Below are positions 37,300 through 46,450 of a stretch of 64,000 nt of DNA, one piece after another. Source of the DNA: Acidobacteria bacterium UBA2161 (GTDB lineage: Bacteria > Acidobacteriota > Vicinamibacteria > Vicinamibacterales > UBA823); contig DCWN01000042.1 of the NCBI GenBank assembly GCA_002328835.1, forward strand, positions 177,493 to 241,492. Direction: 5' to 3'. The notes beneath the pieces are model-generated. The model had not been told where the DNA came from. It did no database searches and saw only the letters and a list, made by a program, of their open reading frames with translations. Position 1 is the first letter of the stretch. Each line of letters starts with the position of its first letter. A program made the translations under genes and the position numbers.

Positions 37300-39420
37300 A
37301 TGAACGTGCCGTTCCGATTCGCCTCGTCTCTGGTCGCGTGCGGCGTGGCGGGCGCTCTGATTCTCGCCTGCCAGGCGCCGCCGCCGGTCGAGATAGACAT
37401 CGATGCCGACGACATCGGCGGCATCGTCTCCAGCGCCAGCGGCCCCGAGGCCGGCGTCTGGGTGATCGCCGAGACCGACGACCTCGGCACGCGGTTTTCC
37501 CGCGTCGTCGTCACCGATGACCAGGGCCGATTCATCGTGCCGGACCTTCCCGCGGCCGACTACGAACTCTGGGTTCGCGGCTATGGCCTCCTCGACTCGG
37601 CCAAGACCGAGGCGTCGCCGGGCGCGGTGGTCGACCTCGCCGCCGTGGCCGCGCCGGATCCGGCCTCGGCCGCGCACGCCTACCCCGCCGCCTACTGGTA
37701 CTCGATGATGGCGTTGCCATCCGAGGACGAGCTGGCGGACGCCGAACTCGACGGCGGGATGAACGAGTACCTCACGTGGATGAAGAACATGGGCTGCGTC
37801 GGCTGCCATCAGCTCGGCCAGGAGTCGACGCGGACGATTCCCGCGGGCCTCGGCGAGTTCGCGACGTCCGAGGACGCCTGGCTGCGCCGGATCTCATCGG
37901 GGCAGGCTGGACGCCAGATGGCGGGGCAGGTGACCGGACGCCTGGGTGGCCTGCCGCTGAAGTACCTGGCCGACTGGACCGATCGCGTCGCCGACGGCGC
38001 CCTGCCCTCGACGCGTCCGGAGCGACCGGCCGGCGTCGAGCGGAACGTCGTGGCCACCATCAGGGACTGGGCCAGCCCGACCGTCTACATGCACGACCTG
38101 ATTTCCACCGACCGGCGTGACCCGACCGTCAACGCCTACGGCCGGATCTTCGGTGCGCCCGAGCTGAGTACCGATGACTTCCCCATTCTCGATCCGCAGG
38201 CCAACACCGATACGAGCTTCCACGCACCCGTACGCGACGACGACACCCCGACGACGGGGAGCGCGCCGGTCGTCGAGCCGTCGCCCTACTGGGACGACGA
38301 GCTGCTCTGGGACAGCCGGGCCAACGCACATAACCCGATGATGGACGGCGCCGGACGGGTCTGGTACACGTCGCGGATCCGCGGGCCGGGGAACCCCGAC
38401 TTCTGCCTCGAAGGGTCGGAGCACCCGTCGGCCCGCGTCTTCCCACTGGAGCGATCGGGACGGCACCTCGCAATCTACGAGCCGGACAGCGGCGACTACA
38501 CCTTCGTCGACACATGCTTCAGCACGCATCATCTGCAGTTCGCCGCGGATGCCAACGACACACTCTGGACGAGCGGCGGCGGGCAGGTGACCGGATGGCT
38601 CGACACGAAGATGTTCGACGAGACCGGCGACGCCGCAGCGTCGCAAGGGTGGACCCCGTTCATCCTCGACACCAACGGCAACGGCCGGCGTGACGCGTGG
38701 GTGGAGCCGGGTGAGCCGAACGACCCTGAACGCGACACTCGAATCAGCGCTGGCTTCTACGCGGTCATGCCGAATCCGGCTGATGGTTCGATCTGGGGGT
38801 CGGTCGCGTTCCGCTACCCGGGCGCCATCCTGCGGCTGGACCCCGGCGACAACCCGTCGGAGACCGCGCTGGCGGAGATCTACACGCCGCCGCTGCCCGG
38901 CTTCGGCGTCCGCGGCGCGGACATCGACTCGAACGGCGTCGTCTGGGTGTCGCTCGGCAGCGGGCACCTCGGTGAGTTCGACCGGAGCAAGTGCGAAGGG
39001 TCGCTGAACGGTCCGGAGGCGACCGGCGACCACTGTCCGGAGGGCTGGACGCTGCACCGGCTGCCCGGCCCCGGCTTCGACGATCTCCCGGAGTTCAGCA
39101 TCGAATCGAGCTATTACACCTGGGTCGACCAGCACAACACGTCCGGCCTTGGCACCGACGTGCCGATCGCCACCGGGAACCTCTTCGACGGCGTGCATGC
39201 GCTCGTCGACGGTGAGTTCGTAACGCTCCGCGTGCCGTATCCGTTGGGCTTCTACAGCAAGGGCTTCGACGGCCGCATCGACGACCCGGATGCCGGCTGG
39301 AAGGGTCGCGGACTCTGGGTCTCGGAGGGTGACCGGACGCCGTGGCTGATGGAAGGCGGCACCGCGAACCGCCCGCTCGTCGTCCACTTCCAGGTGCGGC
39401 CGGATCCGTTGGCCAAGTAA
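37300..39420 (+). CDS. Large secreted protein: CarboxypepD_reg-like N-terminal domain plus a CxxCH haem-type motif
   Basis: ATG 37300 is preceded by AAGGAGAG (in frame within track ORF 36691..39420). Lipobox-like ILAC. GVWVIAETDDLGTRFSRVVVTDDQGRFIVPDLPAADYELWVRGYG. Single motif MGCVGCHQLG. Confidence 0.7.
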   Translation: MNVPFRFASSLVACGVAGALILACQAPPPVEIDIDADDIGGIVSSASGPEAGVWVIAETDDLGTRFSRVVVTDDQGRFIVPDLPAADYELWVRGYGLLDSAKTEASPGAVVDLAAVAAPDPASAAHAYPAAYWYSMMALPSEDELADAELDGGMNEYLTWMKNMGCVGCHQLGQESTRTIPAGLGEFATSEDAWLRRISSGQAGRQMAGQVTGRLGGLPLKYLADWTDRVADGALPSTRPERPAGVERNVVATIRDWASPTVYMHDLISTDRRDPTVNAYGRIFGAPELSTDDFPILDPQANTDTSFHAPVRDDDTPTTGSAPVVEPSPYWDDELLWDSRANAHNPMMDGAGRVWYTSRIRGPGNPDFCLEGSEHPSARVFPLERSGRHLAIYEPDSGDYTFVDTCFSTHHLQFAADANDTLWTSGGGQVTGWLDTKMFDETGDAAASQGWTPFILDTNGNGRRDAWVEPGEPNDPERDTRISAGFYAVMPNPADGSIWGSVAFRYPGAILRLDPGDNPSETALAEIYTPPLPGFGVRGADIDSNGVVWVSLGSGHLGEFDRSKCEGSLNGPEATGDHCPEGWTLHRLPGPGFDDLPEFSIESSYYTWVDQHNTSGLGTDVPIATGNLFDGVHALVDGEFVTLRVPYPLGFYSKGFDGRIDDPDAGWKGRGLWVSEGDRTPWLMEGGTANRPLVVHFQVRPDPLAK

Positions 39421-39441
39421 GACGGCGTGGCCGCGGCGGCC

Positions 39442-40389
39442 TTACGGATAGACGAAGACCTCGCCCCGCAAGCCGAGGCTGATCCAGCGGAGGCGATCTT
39501 CGAACCTGACCCGCGACGGGATCTCGAAGGCCGACTCGTGGAATGGCGAGACGTCTCGGTTCTGGAGGTACATCGCGACGCTCAGCCGCGGCCCGGCCCC
39601 TTCCTCGCCACCCAGAGACCCCCAGTGGACCAGATGCGTCGTCCAGGCCATGACCGAGCCCGCCGCGGCTGGACAGGCGCGCACGTGCTGCAGCGCCGAC
39701 CGTGACGGCTCGACGGCGCGCGCGTCGGTCCGATACGCCGGATCGCGGTCGGCCGGCAGCAGGTAGATGCACGAACGGTCGAGCGTGGCGTCCGTCAGCG
39801 GAATCCAGACGTTGAGGATCGAGGGGCCGACTCCCGCCACGACCTGCGGGTCGGGCCCCAGGGAATCCCGGTGCGGGGGTGAGGGCCCGAACAGCGATCG
39901 CTTGTAGCGTCCCCGGTCGCCCGACTCGGCGTAGAAGGCCGACAGGCCGTCCGGCACCATCAGATAGTCGTCTCCCAGCAGCGGCGAGAGCAGGGCCTGC
40001 AGCCCGTCGAATATCTGGAAGAACTCGTCGTACACCGCCACGAAGAACGGTGGATACCCCGCCTCCACGACCCGCTCGATCCCGCGGCGCAGGCGGGCGA
40101 CCGCCGCCGCCGGGACGATCGGGCCGATCAGCGAATAGCCCTCGTCCCGTACCCGACCGGTGAACCGGCTCGCGTCGGCGGCGGAGACGGCATGCGGCGC
40201 CAGACGGTCGGCAAACGGCTCGTCGGAGATCGTCAGATCCGGGTTCAACTCTCGCCAGTGGTCGAGAGCCTCGAGGCGTCCGGTCGCCCGCGCCTCGTCC
40301 AGGAATCGACGACACCGATCCACGAAGCGGTGGGATCGGATCCATTCGAAGCCGACCTCGACCTGCTCATCGTCCGATCGGACTGCCAT
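39442..40389 (-). CDS. Phytanoyl-CoA dioxygenase (PhyH)-like Fe(II)/2-oxoglutarate oxygenase candidate
   Basis: Only the 3' third of track ORF 39442..42081 looks coding. MAVRSDDEQ... has an HxD (PPHRDS), NVWIPLTDAT..SCIYLLP, and a distal His (THLVHWG). Confidence 0.5.
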   Translation of the reverse strand: MAVRSDDEQVEVGFEWIRSHRFVDRCRRFLDEARATGRLEALDHWRELNPDLTISDEPFADRLAPHAVSAADASRFTGRVRDEGYSLIGPIVPAAAVARLRRGIERVVEAGYPPFFVAVYDEFFQIFDGLQALLSPLLGDDYLMVPDGLSAFYAESGDRGRYKRSLFGPSPPHRDSLGPDPQVVAGVGPSILNVWIPLTDATLDRSCIYLLPADRDPAYRTDARAVEPSRSALQHVRACPAAAGSVMAWTTHLVHWGSLGGEEGAGPRLSVAMYLQNRDVSPFHESAFEIPSRVRFEDRLRWISLGLRGEVFVYP

Positions 40390-40455
40390 ACCCCGCGATT
40401 GTAAGGCTTCCCGAGTTTGCACCCATAATCCGGGCCACACCGCGACCCGACGCCG

Positions 40456-42471
40456 ATGCTGACCGACCGAGTGCCACCGATCGCTCCCGCCGCGTGGCTT
40501 GGCGCCGTGCTCCTGCTGGCGGGATCCGTCTCGCCTCACGTCGTCGAGGCTCAGGCTCCGCGCCCCGGCCTCGACACGCTCGCGCGGTTCGAGCGCTACC
40601 CGCTGCTCGTGCCCGACGCCCAGGCACACTACCTGTCCAGCCACGACCGCACCGGCGGGAATGACGACGGATTCGACGGGACCTACTCCGCCCTCTACGT
40701 CGACGCGCGCGGGGAGCACGTCATCTTCGACGTGAAGGGACCCGGATCGCTCTACACTCTCTGGTTCACCAGCCGCGAGAGCGGCTTCGCGCCGCTCGGA
40801 TGGGGCCGGATCAGATTTTATTTCGACGACGAACCGGAGCCGCGGCTCGACATCGACGCCGACGAACTGTTCGGCGCCCAGCGACCCCCGTTCGTTCCGC
40901 CGTTCGTCTTCGACCGGTTCACCAGTTCGGGTGGCCACGTCAGCCACCTGCCGTTCCCCTTCCAGCAGCGTCTGAAGATCACGACGGAGAACCGCGTCGG
41001 GTTCTATAACGCCTACTACCACACCTATGCTCCGACTCGCCGGGTCGATAGCTGGACCGGGGACGAAGACGCGAGCCGGGTCGTCCGGATCTGGAACGCA
41101 CCCGGCCAGAACCCCAACAGCGAGACCGAGGCGGAGGTCCTCTCCGGCTCGGTCAACCTGTCGGCACCGGCGATGCCAGACGGCGAGATGGCACCGACAG
41201 TCGTAGAGGTCTTCGACTGGCGCGGCGCCGGCACCGTTACCGCGCTCAGGTTCAACCCGCTCGCGCCGCTCACGCGCTACCAGCTCAACCACCTCTTCCT
41301 TCGCATCTCGTGGGACGGCGAGGCGACGCCCTCGGTCGACGTGCCGCTCGGAAGCTTCTTCGGCTCGGGTCTCGGCGAGGCCGCGGTTCGGGCCGTGCCG
41401 CTCGGCATGCACCCGAACGGCGCGTACTACTGCTACCTGCCGATGCCCTTCTGGGAGCGCGCCAGGGTCGAACTCGTCAACACCAACCCCGATCCGATGC
41501 CACCGATCTGGTGGGAGGTGCGCCTGGCGACCGGTGCCGAGGCGAACTATTCTCAGGAGACCAGCGGATACTTCAAGGCGCGCTATCGCCGGGAGTGGCC
41601 GACGACGGAGGGCGCGGACTACGGCATCCTCGACACACGGGGGCGGGGCGTCTACGTCGGCCAGGTGATGACCGTCGAGCCGATCCGGCCCGAAGTGAAG
41701 CGCTGGTGGGAGGGCGACCTGCGCATCTACGTCGACGGCCGCCGCCAGCCCGCCTTCCATGGCACCGGCCACGAGGACGAGTACCTCGGCGGGTGGTCGA
41801 ACGAGTGGCTGATGAACCCGTACTCGCTGCCGATGCACGGCCAGCCGGCGACGCGCGACCTCACCCAGGTCGACTTTCAGTGGAGTGCCGCGACGACGGT
41901 CTACCGCTTCTTCCCCGGCGGCGTGCCCTACCAGTCGGCGCTGAGGGTGTCGACCGAGCACGGCACCGAGAATTCGGCTGCTGCCATGTACCCGAGCGTC
42001 GCCTACTACTACGAGCACCCGACGCCGATGCGGCAGGTCGACGCGCTCGACGTCGGCGACCCCCGGGACGAGGCCGCGCACGACTACCGCGCGGTGCCCG
42101 CCACGTCGGTCGAGCGGAGCGTAGCGCAGTTCGAGGGTGTCGATGACGCGGTCGACGTCGCGGAGAACGGGCGGGCGGTGACCGAGACGTCACGCTATTC
42201 CCTACGCGCGCCTGACGAGGGCACGACCTCCAGCCTACGCTTGCGACGGCTGTACGACCAGGCGGCCATTCAGGAGGCCGAGGTCTGGGTAAACGGCGCG
42301 CGCGCGGGCATCTGGTACTCGCCGGCCACCAACGCGAGCAAGCGCTGGGCCGAAGCCGACTTCATCATCCCGCTCGACCTCCTCAACGGCCGGCCGGTCG
42401 TCGACATCGAGATCCGGGTCGTGACCGGCCCCTGGAGCGAGTACCGGTACGAGCTTTGGGCCATCCCCTGA
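40456..42471 (+). CDS. DUF2961 / GH172-like secreted protein (second copy)
   Basis: Signal peptide. SHDRTGGNDDGFDGTY, GPGSLYTLWF, IRFYFDDEPEPRLDIDADELF, AYYCYLPMPFWERA. Confidence 0.8.
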   Translation: MLTDRVPPIAPAAWLGAVLLLAGSVSPHVVEAQAPRPGLDTLARFERYPLLVPDAQAHYLSSHDRTGGNDDGFDGTYSALYVDARGEHVIFDVKGPGSLYTLWFTSRESGFAPLGWGRIRFYFDDEPEPRLDIDADELFGAQRPPFVPPFVFDRFTSSGGHVSHLPFPFQQRLKITTENRVGFYNAYYHTYAPTRRVDSWTGDEDASRVVRIWNAPGQNPNSETEAEVLSGSVNLSAPAMPDGEMAPTVVEVFDWRGAGTVTALRFNPLAPLTRYQLNHLFLRISWDGEATPSVDVPLGSFFGSGLGEAAVRAVPLGMHPNGAYYCYLPMPFWERARVELVNTNPDPMPPIWWEVRLATGAEANYSQETSGYFKARYRREWPTTEGADYGILDTRGRGVYVGQVMTVEPIRPEVKRWWEGDLRIYVDGRRQPAFHGTGHEDEYLGGWSNEWLMNPYSLPMHGQPATRDLTQVDFQWSAATTVYRFFPGGVPYQSALRVSTEHGTENSAAAMYPSVAYYYEHPTPMRQVDALDVGDPRDEAAHDYRAVPATSVERSVAQFEGVDDAVDVAENGRAVTETSRYSLRAPDEGTTSSLRLRRLYDQAAIQEAEVWVNGARAGIWYSPATNASKRWAEADFIIPLDLLNGRPVVDIEIRVVTGPWSEYRYELWAIP

Positions 42472-42472
42472 C

Positions 42473-42478
42473 TATAAT
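42473..42478 (+). promoter_or_regulatory. Perfect TATAAT box 14 nt upstream of the kinase ATG (near-leaderless geometry)
   Basis: It begins 1 nt after the GH172 stop codon (a single C at 42472 lies between them). There is no SD in the 14 nt before ATG 42493. Confidence 0.45.
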
Positions 42479-42492
42479 CAAGCCGTCCCTCG

Positions 42493-43269
42493 ATGCACCT
42501 CGAAGCCGGTACGTTGCTCGGCGTGTACCAGGTCACGGCCAAGGTCGGCGCGGGCGGAATGGGCGAGGTCTACAAAGCCCGTGACACCCAGCTCGACCGC
42601 GACGTTGCGCTGAAGATCTTGCCGGAGGCGTGCGTCTCCGACCCGGAACGACTGGTCCGCTTCCGGCGCGAGGCGAAGGTCCTGGCCTCGCTCAACCACC
42701 CGAACATCGCGGCGATCTACGGCCTGGAGGAGTCTGGGGACTCACCCGCCCTGGTCCTGGAGTACGTCGAGGGCCCGACGCTGCAGGACCGGATCGAGCA
42801 GGCCCCGATGCCGCTCGACGAGGCCCTGCCGATCGCGCGCCAGATCGCCGAAGCGCTCGACGCCGCGCACGAGCAGGGAATCATCCACCGCGATCTCAAA
42901 CCTGCCAACGTGAAGGTGAGAGCCGCTGGCACGGTGAAGGTACTCGATTTCGGCCTCGCCAAGGCGCTCGCCGGCGACGCTGAGCGCGTCGCGGGGGACG
43001 CCGACTCGCCCACGGTCACGGCGGCAACGCGGGCTGGAGCAATCCTCGGGACCGCGGCCTACATGAGTCCGGAGCAGGCTCGCGGGGAGGTGCTGGACAA
43101 GCGCGTCGACATCTGGGCCTTCGGCGTCGTGCTGTTCGAAATGCTCACCGGACACCGGCCGTTCGAGGGCGGGACGATGTCCGACGCGCTGGCCGCCACC
43201 CAGACTCAGGAACCCGAGTGGGACGACGTTCCCGTGGAGCTTCGTCCGCTCCTCAAACGACCAGCGTGA
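42493..43269 (+). CDS. Ser/Thr protein kinase, catalytic domain only; 3' end frame-disrupted
   Basis: [33 protein letters not shown]. The ORF stops inside subdomain XI, and the next conserved piece (VKPASERF) is in another frame (43263..43319). Confidence 0.75.
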   Translation: MHLEAGTLLGVYQVTAKVGAGGMGEVYKARDTQLDRDVALKILPEACVSDPERLVRFRREAKVLASLNHPNIAAIYGLEESGDSPALVLEYVEGPTLQDRIEQAPMPLDEALPIARQIAEALDAAHEQGIIHRDLKPANVKVRAAGTVKVLDFGLAKALAGDAERVAGDADSPTVTAATRAGAILGTAAYMSPEQARGEVLDKRVDIWAFGVVLFEMLTGHRPFEGGTMSDALAATQTQEPEWDDVPVELRPLLKRPA

Positions 43270-43605
43270 AACCGGCTTCCGAGCGATTCAACAGACCGCC
43301 TCCATCACTTCGCTTGTAGCACAATGCATGCCACGCGTTCGACGCTCCCCGCCGTCCGTTCAACCAAGGCAAAGTTCCTGACCAGAAAGCACTTAACGAG
43401 AATCACCCCCGAACTCTTGGGCCCCAACTTTCTGGTGTCACGATAGGACACCCGATTACATTTCTCGTATCCTCAACCCCGGAATACACAGCCTGGCGAA
43501 GTCGATTCTCGGCGTTCCCGAAGGCAAAGGCCAGCACACCTTATCCCTCCTATCGGCACCTGGGGGCCGCAGTCGGAGCGCTGGGACATCAGCGACCGAT
43601 TCACG

Positions 43606-43611
43606 TAGAGT
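43606..43611 (+). promoter_or_regulatory. TAGAGT -10-like box 10 nt upstream of the lactate permease ATG
   Basis: TAnnnT hexamer. There is no SD between it and ATG 43622. Confidence 0.35.
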
Positions 43612-43621
43612 GGGCTCCACC

Positions 43622-45253
43622 ATGTGGGAACAAGACTACGTCCCGATCGCCGGCAGCCTGGGCTACTCCACCCTGGTGGCGGCGATCCCGCTCGTCATCC
43701 TCTTCTATATGCTCGGCGTTCTGCGGAAACCGAGCTGGGTTGCAGGGTTGAGCGCGCTGGGCGTCTCGCTGGTCCTCGCGGTCGGCGTCTACGGCATGCC
43801 TGTGCCGCAGGCCGGCGCCTCGATGGTCTACGGCGCGGCGTTCGGCCTCTTCCCCATCGGCTGGATCGTCATCGCGTCCCTGATCCTCTATCGCGTGACG
43901 CTGGACACGGGGAAGTTCGAAATCATCAAGGACTCGATCGGCGCCCTGAGCAATGACCGGCGGCTGCAGGCCGTCCTCATCGGCTTCGCCTTCGGCGCGT
44001 TCATCGAAGGCGCCGCCGGCTTCGGCACGCCGGTGGCGGTCGCCGCCGCGATGCTCACCGGGCTGGGGTTCTCGCCGTTCTACGCGGCGTTCATCTGTCT
44101 GGTGGCCAACACGCCACCGGTCGCCTTCGGCTCGCTCGGCATCCCGGTCGTCACGCTGGCCGGGATCACCGGCCTGCCGATGGATGCGCTGAGTTCGATG
44201 ACCGGCCGGTTGTGCGCGCTGATCGCCATCGTCATCCCCGCCTACATGGTCGTCATCATGTCTGGATTCAGCCGCGCGCTGGAGGTCCTGCCGCCGGTCG
44301 CCACCTGCGCCGTGACCTTCGCCGCGGTGCTCTTCGGCGTCACGAACACGCTCGGCCCGGAGGTCGCCGTCATCCTCGCGTCGATCGCCGCCATGGTCGC
44401 GATGGTCCTGGTGATGAAGGCCTGGCAGCCGAGCCGAATCTTCCGGCTCGAGGGCGACGTCGAGGCCACATCGGTCGCCCGCGCGCATACGACGGGTGAA
44501 CTCGTCTCGGCCTGGAGTCCCTACATCCTCCTGGTCATCTTCGTCCTTGCGTGGCGCTACCCGCCGATCACGGCTGGGCTGAACGCCCTGGGCACGATGA
44601 TCCCGGTGCCGGGGCTCCACGAAACGATCCTCCGCGTGCCGCCGCTGACCCCGGAACCATCACCCTACGCGGCGATCTACAACTTCCAGTGGCTCTCGGC
44701 GGCCGGGACCTCGTGCTTCCTCTCGGCGTTCGCCGCGTCGCTGCTGCTCGGCCTCTCGCCGACCCGGTTCGCCGGCATCGTCGGGTCGGTCTTGAAGCAG
44801 CTCGCGTTTCCGCTGCTGACCATCGCGTCGGTCCTGGCCGTGGCATTCGTGATGAATTACGCGGGGATGACCTCGACCCTGGGCCTGGCGTTCGCGGCCA
44901 CCGGCTCGCTGTTTCCCTTCTTCAGCGCGATGCTCGGTTGGACCGGTGTCTTCTTGACCGGCAGCGACACGGCGTCGAACGCGCTGTTCGGCAACTTGCA
45001 GGTCGTGACGGCCAACGCGCTGGGCCTGAATCCGATCCTGACGGCGTCGACGAACGCCGCCACGGGCGTCATGGGGAAGATGATCTCGCTGCAGAGCATC
45101 GCCGTCGCCGTCGCGGCGACCGGCATGGCGGTATCCGAGGAGGGGCGCCTCTTCCGGATCGCCCTGAAGCACAGCCTCATCCTGGCGCTGTTCATGGCGA
45201 TCGTCACGCTGATCTTCGCCTACGTCGTCCCGCAGTTCGTGCCGTCGGTCTGA
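43622..45253 (+). CDS. lctP: L-lactate permease (LctP family)
   Basis: MWEQDYVPIAGSLGYS..., FIEGAAGFGTPVA, LVANTPPVAFGSLGIP, and a multi-TM profile throughout. The ATG is at 43622, within track ORF 43610..45253. Confidence 0.85.
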   Translation: MWEQDYVPIAGSLGYSTLVAAIPLVILFYMLGVLRKPSWVAGLSALGVSLVLAVGVYGMPVPQAGASMVYGAAFGLFPIGWIVIASLILYRVTLDTGKFEIIKDSIGALSNDRRLQAVLIGFAFGAFIEGAAGFGTPVAVAAAMLTGLGFSPFYAAFICLVANTPPVAFGSLGIPVVTLAGITGLPMDALSSMTGRLCALIAIVIPAYMVVIMSGFSRALEVLPPVATCAVTFAAVLFGVTNTLGPEVAVILASIAAMVAMVLVMKAWQPSRIFRLEGDVEATSVARAHTTGELVSAWSPYILLVIFVLAWRYPPITAGLNALGTMIPVPGLHETILRVPPLTPEPSPYAAIYNFQWLSAAGTSCFLSAFAASLLLGLSPTRFAGIVGSVLKQLAFPLLTIASVLAVAFVMNYAGMTSTLGLAFAATGSLFPFFSAMLGWTGVFLTGSDTASNALFGNLQVVTANALGLNPILTASTNAATGVMGKMISLQSIAVAVAATGMAVSEEGRLFRIALKHSLILALFMAIVTLIFAYVVPQFVPSV

Positions 45254-45269
45254 TGCGTCCACCGAAGCC

Positions 45270-46349
45270 ATGACCCGAACAGCCATTGTCCTGACACTCG
45301 CACTCGTGGCGGCCCCCGTCGCAGTCGCGACCGCCCAGACAGGGCCGGTTCCGAGGGCCCTCGGGACGGTCGAGGTCACTGCCGGACCGACCCCGTGCGA
45401 CGGCCAGACCTGCTACGACCTCATCGTCACCTGCCCGGAGGTCAGTGCGCCCGCGCGCGCCCGGCTCAAGGTTGGCGGTAGGGCCGAGCGCGGGTCCATT
45501 CTCTTCATGACCGGCGGCCTCGGCATCGGCCTCTACGAGACCGGCCAGGGACTCGCCACGCCTCCGGCCAACGGATCAGAGCCGGAAGCAGGTCGAATCG
45601 TGCGGGAGACCCGTGATGCCGGCTTCCGGAGCATCCAGCTCCAGTGGATCGACAGCTGGCTGATCGCCGCCCCGGGTGCGGTCGAGGGGCACGCCCGGCT
45701 GGCATGCAGGTCGGCGACCGTCGCCCGATGGATCGCCGACGAACTATCTCCCGGGGCGGGCTCGCGAACCTTCTGCGCCACGGGTCACTCGGCCGGTGGC
45801 GCGCAGACGAGCTACATGCTGAGCCACTACGGCCTCGACGACCTGCTGTCGGCCGCCGTGATCACCGGCGGCCCGCCGTTCGGCCGGCTCGACCGGGCGT
45901 GTTCGAGCGACCCCGAGGACCAACCATTTGCAGGCTCGGTCTGGGGCCGCAACGTGATGGACGCGGGCTTCGGCGGGCGCGCGGGCACCTTCGCGGGTGG
46001 CACCCTGGCCGGCGGGTGGGACGCGCCCGGATCGGGCCCGTGCGCGACGAGCGATCTCGAGAGTCGCGAGATGTTTCGGCAGGCCTCGGTCGCGTCTGGC
46101 GACGGCGACTACACCCACCCGACGACGTCGATCGCGTTCGTCATCGAGGGGATCGTCGGAATGGAGGTCGCGCACGCCGCCGACTACCGCGACCTGCTCC
46201 GACGGGAGGGCACGTCGCGGGTCAGCCACGACGTCGTGCCGGGCGTCGAGCACGAAGGCGTCAACGGGCTGTACAACGACCGCGACGGCACCGATCTCAT
46301 CCGCGACCTGCTGATCGCCGAGTGCCGGCGACATCCGGCAGGTCGATGA
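45270..46349 (+). CDS. Secreted alpha/beta-hydrolase-like protein
   Basis: Signal peptide LALVAAPVAVATAQ. Nucleophile elbow GHSAGG. No closer family was recognised. Confidence 0.55.
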   Translation: MTRTAIVLTLALVAAPVAVATAQTGPVPRALGTVEVTAGPTPCDGQTCYDLIVTCPEVSAPARARLKVGGRAERGSILFMTGGLGIGLYETGQGLATPPANGSEPEAGRIVRETRDAGFRSIQLQWIDSWLIAAPGAVEGHARLACRSATVARWIADELSPGAGSRTFCATGHSAGGAQTSYMLSHYGLDDLLSAAVITGGPPFGRLDRACSSDPEDQPFAGSVWGRNVMDAGFGGRAGTFAGGTLAGGWDAPGSGPCATSDLESREMFRQASVASGDGDYTHPTTSIAFVIEGIVGMEVAHAADYRDLLRREGTSRVSHDVVPGVEHEGVNGLYNDRDGTDLIRDLLIAECRRHPAGR

Positions 46350-46434
46350 GTCTGGACTAGGCCTTCACGGCACGACGCGCGCTGGAGATACCCGTCGTCG
46401 CTACGGAATCAGCCCCGATCGACATGGGCTCGGC

Positions 46435-46440
46435 TATAAT
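46435..46440 (+). promoter_or_regulatory. Perfect TATAAT box 10 nt upstream of ATG 46451
   Basis: The box lies inside the first codons of track ORF 46424... This argues that the real start is the ATG at 46451 (MTESTLGG..., followed by a signal peptide). No SD. Confidence 0.45.
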
Positions 46441-46450
46441 TCGGCACCTC

